This document shows positions 11,355-23,881 of a stretch of 64,000 bases of DNA, in pieces. The notes below the pieces were generated by a model. It was not told the DNA's origin. It searched no databases and saw only the letters and a list, made by a program, of their open reading frames with translations. Each line of letters begins with the position of its first letter. Position 1 is the stretch's first letter. The position numbers and the translations under genes were made by a program. The DNA lies in NCBI GenBank assembly GCA_038087875.1, contig CM075988.1:11348001-11412000 (forward strand). The letters are read 5' to 3'. Source of the DNA: Malacoraja senta (lineage: Eukaryota).

Positions 11355-12775
11355 GAAAAAGACCAAATGTTCTGAAAAATCTCAGCAAGCAGGCTGCATC
11401 CATGGGAATAGAAACCGTTAACATTTTGGGTTGAAGACCCTTCAACAGAACTGAGAAATAGAGGCAACAGTTTAGTGTGCATGGTGCACAAGGTTGCGGT
11501 TGGGCAATGGGCAGAAGAATACATACCGAACAGTTTAGAATAAAGAAATGAAAGGAAAGGGATGAAAAGAATGACAGGGAAAATTGGCCATTCCTGCAGA
11601 GATAAAGAAAGGGAAAATTATCTGAAGTTGGAGAATTTAATATTCAAGTCAAGTCAAGTGAGTTTATTGTCATGTGTCCCTGGTAGGACAATGAAATTCT
11701 TGCTTTGCTTGAGCACAACAGAACATAGTAGGCATTTACTACAAGGCATTCTATAAATATATACACAATGGTCAATATACTGATAAAGTGCAAATAACAG
11801 TATTGGCTAGTAAAGTTCAGTGTTATGTCCGAGCCAGGTTTAATAGCCTGATGGCTGTGGGGAAGTAGCTGTTCCTGAACCTGGTCGTTGCAGTCTTCAG
11901 GCTCCTGTACCGTCTACCTGAAGGTAGTAGGGAGATGAGTGTGTGGCCAGGATGGTGTGGGTCCTTGATGATGCTGCCAGACTTTTTGAGGCAGCGACTG
12001 TGGTAGATCCCCTCGATGGAAGGGAGGTCAGAGCCGATGAAGGACTGGGCAGTGTTTACTACTTTTTGTAGTCTTTTCCTCTCCAGGGCACTCAAGTTGC
12101 CGAACCAAGCACCGATGCAACCGGTCAGCATGCTCTCTACTGTGCACCTGTAGAAGTTAGAGAGAGTCCTCCTTGACAAACCGACTCTCCGTAATCTTCT
12201 CAGGAAGTAGAGGCGCTGATGTGCTTTCTTAATAATGGCATCATTGTTCTCGGACCAGGAAAGATCTTCAGAGATGTGCACGCCCAGGAATTTGAAGCTC
12301 TTGACCCTTTCAACCATCGACCCGTTGATATAAACGGGACTGTGGGTCCCCATCCTACTCCTTCCAAAGTCCACAATCAGTTCCTTGGTTTTGCTGGTGT
12401 TGAGGGCCAGGTTGTTGTGCTGGCACCATATGGGCAGTTGCTCGATCTCTCTTCTATACTCTGACTCATCCCCATCAGTGATACGTCCCACAACAGTGGT
12501 GTCATCAGCGAACTTGATGATGGAGTTCGCACTATGTCCGGCTACGCAGTCATGAGTATAGAGTGAGTACAGCAGGGGGCTGAGCACGCAGCCTTGAGGT
12601 GCTCCCGTGCTAATTGTTATCGAGTCTGACACATTTCCACCAATACGAACAGACTGTGGTCTGAGAGTGAGGAAGTCGATTTGATTCCTAATATTGATTC
12701 CTAAAGGTCGCAATATGCCCATATGAAAAATCAAGCGCTGGTCCTTAGACTTGTGTTGAGCCGCTCTGTAACAGT
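11355..12775 (-). mobile_element. Old Penelope fragment (pLTR plus GIY-YIG C-terminus) interrupted by a Rex1/Babar insertion
   Basis: pLTR-like 11360-11455; ctgaagttggagaatttaatatt continues after the Rex element as QRLIFHMGILRPLGINI. Confidence 0.6.
11645..12680 (-). mobile_element. 5'-truncated Rex1/Babar-type LINE (RT C-terminal half open)
   Basis: STGAPQGCVLSPLLYSLYTHDC, KFADDT, KTKELIVDF, KKAHQRLYFLRRL, SGRRYRS..FPTAIRLLN; (gactt)n tail; TAATATT duplicated at 11638-11644 and 12689-12695. Confidence 0.9.
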
Positions 12776-13937
12776 GCTGGATAGAGACAAAGAGATGATG
12801 ATTTAAAGTCATGTCAGAGCGGTAACTAATTATTTATCTTGGTCCATAATTGCAGCAAACTATCATGCGGCCAGCGTGATGCGAATATGCAGTAACTTCT
12901 AAAATTAGAAAACAGAATAAAGATGTTGTCTTGTTCTATCATGAAGGGCAGATTAGACATTGCACTGACCTTCTGTGACACTATTCATTCTGAGATCCAG
13001 ATTTCAGTGGGATTCAACCAGTGGATTATGAGCAGTAGTTTCAGTTATTATGGTATCCAGTGGCCTCTTAGTTGTTCGTGACAAAATAAAGTAGGTTCAT
13101 TTTTGGGAAATTGCGGGAGTGAATCCAAGCCAGTGTGGCGCTGAGGAGTCCAGAAAAGCACAGCTGGCCCTGTATCTATAATAAAACACAATGGAAAACC
13201 TTTGGCTAAAGTCCCAACGGATATTGATGAAGTGACATGCCCTGCATGGATTCTTTTAAAATGGAAAACAAGTGTCTCCAAAACAAATATTAAATACGCA
13301 TGGACAGAGGAACTTGGAGCCATCAGACAGACACAATTCGACATGAGAAGCATGTTATCTTGGAGGTGGAAAGAAAAAACCCATCTGTTTAAAAGAGCTG
13401 TTCTCAAGCATTTGTAAGCAAGGCATGGAATTAAATCCTGCTTGTCCTCACCAAAGAACAGAACAGGATGGGGAGAAAAATCAATGGAATTTAGCATGAA
13501 AGTGCTTGAGTGAACATGAGATGCATCCACTCGTTGGTCAGTAACTGAGTCTCTGTTCCGAGGGTGAATCCAATCAGATATCCTTAAAGGGAAGGACTTG
13601 GAATATATTCCATGTGCTTTTATTGCTGTGCAAAACCTAATAAATGGCTGGATCCAAATGTTATTCACTTCCATATTCAAAAATGAACAATTACTACTGC
13701 CCATGAGATATTGCTTTTTAAGAAGTGTTCAGTAATTTTACAGCATTGTCTTAGTTTGTAATTCGGGGTTCGTATTTTGGACCAAGCTAACTCACGCGCA
13801 GAGTGACACCAAAATCCTTGTTTTATTCATAATGATTTGAAACTCGTGATTTCATACTCTACAAATAGTACTCTTATATATTTGAATATATAAATATATT
13901 TGTTTAAGAAAAATAATAAACTTGTAGAAATTATACT

Positions 13938-14195
13938 GAGAATAAGGGGTAAGCCATTTAGAACGGAGATGAGGAAAACTCTGCCTCAGAAGGCAGTGGA
14001 GGCCAATTCTGTGGAGGCTTTCAAGGGAGAGTTAGATAGAGCTCTTAAAGATAGCAGAGTCAAGGGATATGGGGAGAAGGCAGGAACGGGGTACTGATTG
14101 TGGATAATCAGCCATGATCACAGTGAATGGTGGTGCTGGCTCGAAGGGCCGAATGGCCTACTCCTGCACCTATTGTCTATCGTCTATTGTCTATT
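13938..14195 (+). mobile_element. CR1 3' end fragment
   Basis: LRIRGKPFRTEMRK...GYGEKAGTGY* and a (ctattgt)n tail. Confidence 0.9.
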
Positions 14196-15687
14196 GAGAT
14201 ACCCATGCGATAGAGTTACACTGGAGTTATAACTAGCTGAAGTTATACTTGCTGTAAATGTGGCACCAGGTGTTGGTCTATAAATATGGAAACACCATGA
14301 AACCGCAATAGCATAAGCACGGAGATGATTCATCCCAAACAGATGCTCACCAGTGTGTCCCAGTTACTTTGCCTACCTGCTGTTATTGTAATCTCAACTT
14401 CACGTGAGTTGGGAGTAAGGGATGTTGACTTGGTTGCTAGATTGATGGCAAATTGTTCATCTCGAGGGAGAGGTAGAATTAGTATTTAGCTGTCAATTAG
14501 TGCCACAAGAGACTCATCTCCAGTTGACTCATCGCTGAGGCACCAAGAACACCAAGATGGCAAGACTGTGAAAATGTTATTGGACTCATTAAAGCGCATT
14601 TATCTATTATATTAACAATATCATCATAACATTTAATTGTACTTTGAACAGTCCCAATGATTTTGATGGCATTTTGCTTAATAGGTTGTTCTAAACATTT
14701 AGCAGCTGCACATGAACAATAATTTATGCTTTAATTTACTTCTCTACTCATTAGTCTGATTTACCAGAGGCCCTTAATGAGTAATATTTTAATAGTTTAA
14801 GAGAAGACTTCTACATTATTTTTGCTTCCTCTCAAAAGACAGCTCCCTCATGAAGAACTTTTCTGATGAGAGATTATGTTAGTCCTATTAAGATGATCTG
14901 AAAAGCTCGAGACTGTGGTAGCTTTTAATTATTCCAGTACAAAGGTTTAAAATGATTGTGATACATTTGTTGGAAGTTGGATGGGTGGTTTCATTAATAT
15001 TATGATTTGGAATTGGGTTTATGTTTTATGAGGTCATATTTCCTGATGTTACCAGTACAAGTAAATGAAACTGCAAGCCTTTCTCTCGCTTTCTGCAGCA
15101 TTATTCAGTTAAAAAACATTTATATTCCACGTTGTTTTACTCCCGTGTTTTAAAAATACCATGCTAGCAGGAGTTATCCCATCAAAACTGTGATGTAGAG
15201 TGTAGGGGTGTAGAGAATGGTTGGAGAATTAATCTAATTCCCAGCTACACTGCGGTAATAACTATTTGGCATGACCATCTACCTAAGAACACAGGTCTCT
15301 TCCACTTGTTGAATAGGTTGAGTGAATTACGATGCACTTGAACTAAATTTAGAAAGTAGCTGCGCCAAGTTGAGTTAACTGAGCAGAGTGATAGATTCTG
15401 CACCATCCATCACTCACTAAGACTTTGTAGGTCACACAGCTCTCAGTTTCTCCCTTTGGATTGGCTTTGTGCCCTGAGGAACCACTTGCAGTTTCACCCC
15501 TGTGGGCCAGTACTGCTGCCTTAGGAAAGGCTTGAATGACACCAATATCTCCTGTCCCAATCTAAGAATTTTCATTTTTTATCTGTATCAAAGGAATGCC
15601 ATTGCAATAACTGCAGAGTTCAGATCTGACTTGAGAGCATTGTGCAGTAGACTCCCTGGATGAATACAGCTTGAGTTTGACACAAGT

Positions 15688-15878
15688 TAGACTCAAAATG
15701 CTGGAGTAACTCAGTGAGTCAGGCAGCATCCCTGGAGAAAAGGGATAGGTGACGTTTCAGGTCGGAACCTTCTTCTTCCTTTTCCTTTTCTCCAAAGATG
15801 TTGCCTGGCTCGCTCGGTTACTCTAGCAGTTATTGTCTACCTTCGGTATAAACCAGCATCTGCAATTCCTTCCTACAC
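15688..15878. mobile_element. Palindromic Penelope pLTR with central deletion
   Basis: tagactcaaaatgctggagtaactcag...ggttactctagcagttattgtcta...cagcatctgcaattccttcctacaca. Confidence 0.8.
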
Positions 15879-16313
15879 ATTGAGTTCGTTGCAATCCTTC
15901 ATGCAACTCCGAGGCATTGAAAAGTAAACTCATGAAAGTAAAAAGTACGAACATAAAAAGTAAACTGAATTGAAGGATTGTTTTTAACATTGAACACTCT
16001 TGTCCATACTTTGAAAGCAATAAAAATTTATGGGCTGACAATAGAGGTTTGTGAAGAGTATAAAATTTCATTACAACTATCTAGTAATTGCTCTCTGCTG
16101 CTGTTGCTCATACTTCAGAAGCTGTAAATGACTAGAACCCGAGTGAGGCAGGCAAGGAATATGCTTTGCATTATTAGTTTAACTTGTGCTCTGTGCATTT
16201 GTCAGGATTTTATTTTTTAAATGGAGGTTTGTAGAAAATTGATCCCATGGCACAAGAACATTGAAATCCTTTTTGAATCTGTTGTTTTCAACTCGTATTT
16301 TTGGCTTTGTGCA

Positions 16314-16432
16314 TTAATCTAGACCTATTTTCTTCCTTATTGCAGGTAAGTGAAAATCATTCATCCATCCACCCTGCACAATGACGTTGATGGATGGCTT
16401 ATGAGATGCTGTCATGTGGTCGTAAGGTAAGA
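16314..16432 (+). promoter_or_regulatory. Candidate recursive splice site with 81-nt RS (poison) exon 16346-16426
   Basis: TTAAT branch point 16314-16318; 16 of 18 pyrimidines at 16324-16341; CAG|GTAAGT at 16343-16351; downstream donor AAG|GTAAGA at 16424-16432; stops in all 3 frames. Confidence 0.6.
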
Positions 16433-17261
16433 GGAAAGATCACAAGGAGATGAAAGTTGCTCCGTGATTTTGACCCCTGGATGGACAGCAGGTACAAGAT
16501 TTTGACTAATTGAGAAGCGGAATGATGCACATCTTTTTTTGCATTTTATCACACAGAATCAGTAACCAGTTTATGTACTACAGCCTTTGAAATGTGGATA
16601 AAGCAGAGGTTGTTTCTTTAAGACTGAATTTAATCTGCATCTTGGACTTTGAACAAAAATACTTAGATTGTTTTTCTGGATTTATACCTAACAGATAAAT
16701 ATGCTTTCCTATCTCAGGATTTTAGATTCCCTATTGACCTATTGTAGCACTCTTGTTAAGTTCCAATATATAAGATGAATGCACAATCAATTTCATTTAA
16801 GGGCATGCTTTATTTTTCTAGTGAAAGGACTGTACGTGTGACCATAATCAATTTCATCATCTGTTGTCTCCCTGACAATTGCCCATTAATCAAACGCAAA
16901 TTAAGTAGCAATAAATTAGTCTTTAGCTACTTGGATGTAATTAGTAATGTGGAAAGTCTAGCCCTCTGCAGAAAAAGGTGAGTTTGACGGACGGAGAGAG
17001 GTCCACATACTTCTGATACTTCCAAATGTGGAATCGCTGTAACAAATATCTCAAGGCACTGGGAAGATAACACTACAGCCACCTCACCAAATAGCTTCAA
17101 AATCTTTGGAAGGATAAATAAACCAACATCTGTATCCTCTCCTAATATCCCACCAGTTGGTTCTGCAATGTTGCTCACATGCTCAACAGCAGACTACTCC
17201 ATCCTGGGCTGTATCATGGAAGACATCAGGTGGACAGAAGAAAGGATTCAATGATCTTTAG

Positions 17262-17385
17262 CGTCAGGGGTTATGGGGAGAAGGCAGGAGAATGGGGTTG
17301 TGAGGGAAAGATAGATCAGCTATAATTGAGTGGTGGAGTAGACTTGATGGGCCAAATGGCTTAATTCTGCTCCTAGAACTTATGG
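17262..17385 (+). mobile_element. CR1 3' end fragment
   Basis: gtcaggggttatggggagaaggcaggagaatgggg...gatgggccaaatggc. Confidence 0.8.
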
Positions 17386-17619
17386 ATGGGGCTCAAAACC
17401 TGTGAAAAAGTACAATCTCCCGACTCCTGAGAATCATTGGCCCATCACGAGTTAAATTAGAGAAGGAGCATACTAGATGATATTGCAAAGTTCAAACACA
17501 GACACTGGGACCATACAGTGCCCAGTATAAACAAACTTCCCATCCACCCATCCCACCAGGCATCTCATGCCCCAACTCTGGAAGATTCTGCAGTTCCCAC
17601 AGTAGTTCCCACTTTTGAA

Positions 17620-17980
17620 TAGTGAAAGGCTAGGACAGAGAGGATGTGGAGAGGATGTTTCCACGAGTGGGAAAGTCTTGGACTTGTGGTCATTGCCTCA
17701 GAATTAAAGGACATTATTTTAGGAAGGAGACAAAGAGGAATTTCTTTAGTCAGAGCGTGGTGAATCTTTGGAATTTTTTGCTACTAAAGGCTGTGGAGGC
17801 CAAAGGATATTTTTAAGGCAGAGATAGCTAGATTCTTGATTAGTATGGGTGTCAGGGGTTATGGAGAGAAGGCAGGAGAATGGGGTTAGGAGGGAGAGAT
17901 AGCTCAGCCATGATTGAATGGCGGAGTAGACTTGATGGGCCAAATGGCCTAATTCTGCTCCTATCACTTTTAACTTATGA
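17620..17980 (+). mobile_element. CR1 3' fragment
   Basis: FFSQSVVNLWNFL motif plus the CR1 3'UTR. Confidence 0.8.
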
Positions 17981-19239
17981 CAGTTTGGATGATGTAATGT
18001 TCAAACCCAGATATTGGGACCACACACTGGCCCAGTGGAAACAATCTTCCCATCCCATGCCATATCTGGTAGAGTCTGCAGTTCCCCCATTGCCTTCATT
18101 AGTCGTATCAGAACCATTGAATTGGAGTGGAAGCAAACTATCCTGAACCCAAAGGGGCTAACCAAGAAGATGATGACTGAAAGCTGTGTGCCCATTACTG
18201 AGCCATGTTCAGCACCATTTGACCTATGATGTTGTATTTTACTGCATTAGAACAGATATAGCCCATTCAGCCCTTAGGCCCAGTACCATTCAGAATGTTT
18301 ACTCTATCCAACTGCCCAATCTCCATGTCGCTCTACCAGGGCCAACAACAATCCAGCAGTCGGAAATGAACAGATGTTTCGGGCAATAATGGTATATTTA
18401 GATAACAGACAAAAAATGGTGGAAATACATAAGCAGGTTGAACATTTGTATTCACACATAATGTGCCCAATTCAGCACATTTAAACATACAAATATGATT
18501 GCCTAACACAAAATGGGTTTGGGAAATATATCAGTCTATATATTTGCTGTCAATTTATTGATTTCAGTAAGGGGGGGGGGGGATATTATTGTCATGTTTG
18601 CTTATATTGGTCCAGCAAGAACCAATGGAACGTGCTACTAGTTACATCCGCAGGCACCCACAACCTTTTAATGGGCTTCTACCCACTAACATATGACCAA
18701 CAGTTGGCTGACCTGTTCGCACCTCTGCAGGAACTTTGTACCTTTGCTAACGTTGTGTATCTTGAATCAATCAGGTTGAAGAATTCTTACTGTGAGTAGA
18801 AAGGTGTGTTAAAATATTTAATTCAGAAGCCCATTGTTCTGTAATGCGCAGAAACAGCAAATCAATATATTTCACTTCCATTTGCCATAATTTGGCATCC
18901 AAGTGGAAAATGTGAAGTCTTGCTCAGTGCTGAATCTATTTGCGATAGTCTGATACTGTTAGGAAGCTTGCACATGACATGCCCAGGAAGCGGCTGTGAA
19001 ACCTTAGTCCACTGGTTCATCCACACCCAAATATTCCTGGCATTCAGAATAATTTCATAAACTATTAACACTCAAACAGAGAATACTTTTTATATTGTTC
19101 ATATAGTTCAGAAAGTTTTAGAGATCAGATCAACATAACCCGATACAATTTTGATCAATGAGGCTGGGTCTTTTAGGTGCCCAAATCATGAAAGATGACA
19201 GCTAGAGAAATTTACTGAAAGAACATATTATTAACCGAA

Positions 19240-19790
19240 GCATAGATTGGAACCATCATTAAGCACAGATTCGGTCTCTGCTGCAATGCTGTGTTCAATT
19301 TGAGGTGAGGTGACGTGGTGAAGGAGATTTTCTAGATTTGCCGAAATGGTACAAGGGTTCTTGGAGTTCAGTCGTGCAAAGATTTTTACATGTATACAAC
19401 TGGATTGTTTCTCTCAAACAAAATAATATTAAACAGAGCTGTTCAAAATCACATATGGTTTTGAGAACATAATTAAGGCATGTTTGTTTTTTTGTGGCAG
19501 GTTAAGTAGGTGGACTTATGACTTAGATCCAAAATAATTGGTAAAACGTTTAGCGACCAAATAACAACTTTTGTTTTTATACGTCAATTTTATATCCGAT
19601 CTGGAATGGATCGGCTAAATGGGTGATAGAAGCACATTCAAAATAGAATTGTCCCATACTTGAAGAGGTCAGAGGATCATGAACAATGGGGTAAGAGCAG
19701 CATCTGGGATTATTCGGATCATTCCGGAAAATACATGGCATTGCCATGCTGGGCTGAATTACTTCTTTCTATGTTTTATCATTTAGTGGT
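19240..19790 (+). mobile_element. Highly decayed CR1
   Basis: agattggaaccatcattaagcacagattcggtctc (RPHLEY/QFWS-like); tgctgggctgaattacttctttctatg 3' end. Confidence 0.5.
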
Positions 19791-20445
19791 TTTATAATAT
19801 TATATCCAGTTAGGTTACAGCATCCTGATACATTCTGGGGACTTCTTAATGGGATGGTTATCTAATTCTTTTTTTTGTTTTCAATGCGTGTATTTTTTAT
19901 ATTTTTCGTAGCTTCTGATTTTTGGCATTCTTTAAAATTTTATCTACAGCAAAACATTTTTCCACCGATATGAGAACGTGCAGATACTGCATCCTGCAAA
20001 TATTAGTAATAAAACCTGTGACTCAGCAAAGCTCATTAGCAATAGTTACAATGGAATCAGCTCTGGGAATGACTAGGAGATTTTAATCTCCCTTCTCATC
20101 ATTTTTATGATTTGGTTGCTATTTGAATACTTTTTATTGTTCCCAAGATAAGTGTCTGCATCTAATGAAGTACCACATGATTTTCTCTGTAAAGAAATCA
20201 GGGAATTGTCATATCCCAGAACAGTACACTTAGTTACATTAGAAACAGAAGCTCTAACAGATGGTCATATGCAATAATTGGTTTAATATTTATCTATGAC
20301 CACAGATCAAGTTTATTAAAAACTTTAAACTTTTTGTTATGTCTTAGGACAACACATCTTTCCAAGTGCTTCAGACGATAGTAATTAGACAAAAAAAGGT
20401 TTTTAAAAATTGAGATATTTGAGAAAGATTAAAGATAAAAGGGTA

Positions 20446-20765
20446 GGACAGTGATGCAGTGGGTAGAGTTGCTACCTCACAGCGCCAGAGACCTGGGTTT
20501 GACTCTGACTACGGGGTGCTGTCTAGGCAGAGTTTGTACGTTCTCCATGTGATCACATGTGTATTCTCCAGGATTTTTCTCCCACATTCCAAAGACGTGC
20601 AGGTGTGTAGGTTAATTGACTTCTGGAAATTGCCCCTAGTGTGTAAGATGTGTGTAAGATTGCAAAGGTGCGATACCATAGAACTAGTGTATGGGGATCG
20701 ATAGTTGATATGGACATGGTGGGCCGAAAGGCCTGTTTCCATGCTGTATCTCTAACCTAAACTAA
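20446..20765 (+). mobile_element. HE1-type V-SINE, full length
   Basis: tRNA-like head (A/B box-like), V-domain gagtttgtacgttctcc, CR1-like tail and (actaa)n. Confidence 0.9.
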
Positions 20766-20809
20766 AAAAACTAAATATATAATGAAACATCTTGAGTATC
20801 AAAGTGTCT

Positions 20810-20950
20810 TACAGCATGGAAACAGGTCTGGCGGCCTAACTTGCCACACCGGCCAACATGTCCCATCCACAATAGTCCCACCTGTCTACACTTGACCCAT
20901 ATCCCTCTAAACCTGTCCCATCCATGCACCTGTCTAAATGTTTCTTAAAC
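20810..20950 (-). mobile_element. CR1/HER1 3' end fragment
   Basis: acagcatggaaacagg...cccatatccctctaaacct...cctgtctaaatg. Confidence 0.75.
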
Positions 20951-21068
20951 ATTGAGTGATGAGAAAGCAATGGAGAAGGCTGGTGAGAAGGTAGAAACAA
21001 GGAACTGCAGATGCTGGTTTACAAAAGATGACACAAAGTGTCAATGATGTTGCTGACTCACTGAGTTA

Positions 21069-21867
21069 AGGGCCTGTCCCACGGGCAGGCGATTCCATGC
21101 GGCAAGCGCGACCTCCCCGGAAGCGGGGGCCGCGCGGCTGCCGAGTGATCACCGTACGGCCTGTTCCACGAGCATGCGAATGCATGCGGCAAGCGCAACC
21201 TAACCGGAAGCGGGTGCCGCGCGGAGGCCGAGTGATCACCGTACGGCCTGTCCCACGGGCATGCGCTTCCATGTGGCGAGCGCGACCTTACCGGAAGCGG
21301 GGGGTGAGCGGACGTCCAGTTCGAGCAAAGTCTGTTGGAAGCTCGAGCGGTGTTTATGTAGGTGAACACGGGTAGGTGATGTTTCGGTTTTTATGTAGGT
21401 GAACACGGGTAGGTGATGTTTCGGGTCGAGACCCTTCCTCAGACCATAGAAGACTGCAGAAGAATTCAGTCCGAAGAAGGTGTCTCGACCCGAAACACCA
21501 CCTGTCCACAGAAGCTGCCTGATCTACTGAGTTACTCCAGCATTTTTGGTGTGTCCATCTTCGGTGTAAATGGGCATCTGCAGTTCCTTCCTTCACAACA
21601 ATTCCAGAGTTGACGGAGACGTTGCACGCGGCGTCGAGGCGGTGCGCGTAGCCTCGATACGGCAGCGAGGCGGCAGGCCGTTGCCGCGAGGAATTTTTGA
21701 ACAGTGTCGGTTTTTCAGAGCCCCGCGCGGTGTCGGGACCAACTACATACGGCTCCGGCGATCTACGTGGGACCGACCCCGTGACCTCCGCGCAGTCCCC
21801 GCGCGGCCCCCGCTTCCTGTTAGGTCGCGCTTGCCGCATGGAATCGCCTGCCCGTGGGACAGGCCCT
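21069..21867. mobile_element. PIF/Harbinger-type MITE (799 bp) with TTA TSD and three 87-bp terminal repeats
   Basis: 46-bp perfect TIR AGGGCCTGTCCCACGGGCAGG...GCGCGACCT; TTA at 21066-21068 and 21868-21870; repeat units start at 21071, 21158 and 21245. Confidence 0.9.
21412..21445 (-). ncRNA. Minimal hammerhead ribozyme motif inside the MITE
   Basis: Reverse strand reads ggt-CTGAGGA-a-gggtc-tc-gaccc-GAAA-CA-TC-acc, with a 3-bp stem I (ggt/acc) and a perfect stem II. Confidence 0.55.
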
Positions 21868-22279
21868 TTACTCCAGCACGTTGTGTCTTCGCTGGTGAGG
21901 TGATGGAAGGTTCACCAAAACAGAGTGAAGGATGTTATAGATGCATGAGGACACAGAATTGGAGCCATGCAGAAATTGCAAAATGATCCAGCAGGGATAC
22001 AGAGGGATTATTTGGGTAAGACAGTAATATATAGAGAATAGAATGAAAGAAGTTTGGAAATAGGATGTCAATTTTGTTTGAGCTTGATGAGCTCGGCAGA
22101 TGTTGTTCGGAAAACTTTAGAATGATGATTGTGTTTGCAACAAAGATGTGGATAGAGGATCCAGCAGCAGCTCAGTGGGGGCAAGGTGGAGGCAGAGGGA
22201 CGACTAAGAAAATCAGATGAGAGAAGCAGAAGGCAAATTATTGTGGCTGACTTAAAAACTATCACAAAACGATGGATGT

Positions 22280-22640
<361 letters not shown>

Positions 22641-23429
22641 TCAGAGTGGAGGGTGACTTTACATGAGATGGGATAACATCTGGTATGTTCGAATTCTTTG
22701 TGAAAGGGAGTTAGTGACCTGGAGAAAGGCTTGTGTAGTTATCGAGCTACAGTGTAGGATGATAGACTGAAGTCATCCATCATCACAAACACCAGGCAGT
22801 CTTTCTCCAGCAAATACAGCCCACGTTAAACCAATTGTACAAGGACCAGTTGATGACAAGAACCAAATACATATTCTTTCTGATCAGCTGAATATGTTGA
22901 GTATTTGATGGTCTTACAACTGACCACCTCTGAGATATGATTAGAAACTATTTCTGAGAATGAAACAGTGTGACTTACAAATCTACAATCTTCCGAGCAA
23001 GTATAAGTTACAAGCATGGGCTTTTGTGACCCTGGTAACATTTAAGCTGATAGAAAATGTGAATAGAACAAAAGGATTGCGTGAAATTTGAAACTTGTAA
23101 ATCTGCATGTAGCTGTTGCAGAAGACCTTTATCATGACAAGGGACAATGTAAATGTCTTCATGGATAGATTTGCATTCAAATAAATGCAGCAGAGTGAAC
23201 TCAAGAGTGTCAAGCCACAGTTCATCATTGATGATATTGGAAAAAGGCAGGGTGGATGCATTTATGAGTTTGTACTTTTCAATGGCATAATTAATGATAG
23301 TGAATCCTAACCATCCTCGCTAGCCTGAACATACAGATTTACAGGTGTGCAGTTTCAAAATCTAAATTTTAGAATTTAATTGTTGCTGGAGGTATTTTAT
23401 AACATGGTTGTTCTCATTATCTCTTCCTT

Positions 23430-23542
23430 TACTTTCTGCTCTCCTTTCATTCTGTGTCTGTTTCTATCTCTGTCTCTCTCTGTCCTCTCTCTATCTCTGC
23501 CTCTGTCTCTGTTTCTCTCTCTCTTTTTTTTCTTCTTTTTTT
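23430..23542 (+). repeat. Degenerate (CT)n tract
   Basis: Direct inspection. Confidence 0.9.
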
Positions 23543-23619
23543 AGAAAAAATTAAAACTTTTATTTAAAGCTTTTTCATGTAAAATGTTTCAAAGAAAATA
23601 ACTTATCCATTAGGTCCAT

Positions 23620-23875
23620 TGTGGGAGCACCAGAGCTCCAGGTTTGATCCTGACTGTGCAGTTTGCAAGTTCTCCTCGTGACCTGTGTGGGTTTTCTCCG
23701 GGATCTCCGGTTTCCTCCCACACTCCAAAGTCGTATAAGTTTGCAGGCTAATTGGCTTAGAAAAATTGTAAATTGTCCCTCATGTGCATAGGATAGTGTT
23801 AATGTGTGGGGATCGCTGGTTGGTCCGGACTCAGTGGGCCAAAGGGCCTGTTTCCACACTGTAAACTAAACTAAA
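23620..23875 (+). mobile_element. HE1-type V-SINE
   Basis: B-box-like ggtttgatcc, V-domain, (actaa) tail. Confidence 0.88.
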
Positions 23876-23881
23876 AATGAT

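Larger units (their letters stand above)
20988..21890. mobile_element. Collapsed palindromic Penelope pLTR split by a Harbinger MITE
   Basis: ctgagtta|MITE|ctccagcac rebuilds the pLTR motif; GCTGGTGAG repeated at 20979-20987 and 21891-21899 (possible TSD). Confidence 0.7.

Noticed and set aside
13048..13704. 218-aa ORF on the - strand
   Set aside because: It has no recognisable domain or splice context and is compatible with a chance ORF. A BLASTX search would be needed to exclude it fully.
21071..21304. 87-bp repeats as an array or as coding repeats (ORFs 21058..21369, 21097..21375)
   Set aside because: They are tandem copies of the MITE terminus; the ORFs are by-products of GC-rich DNA.
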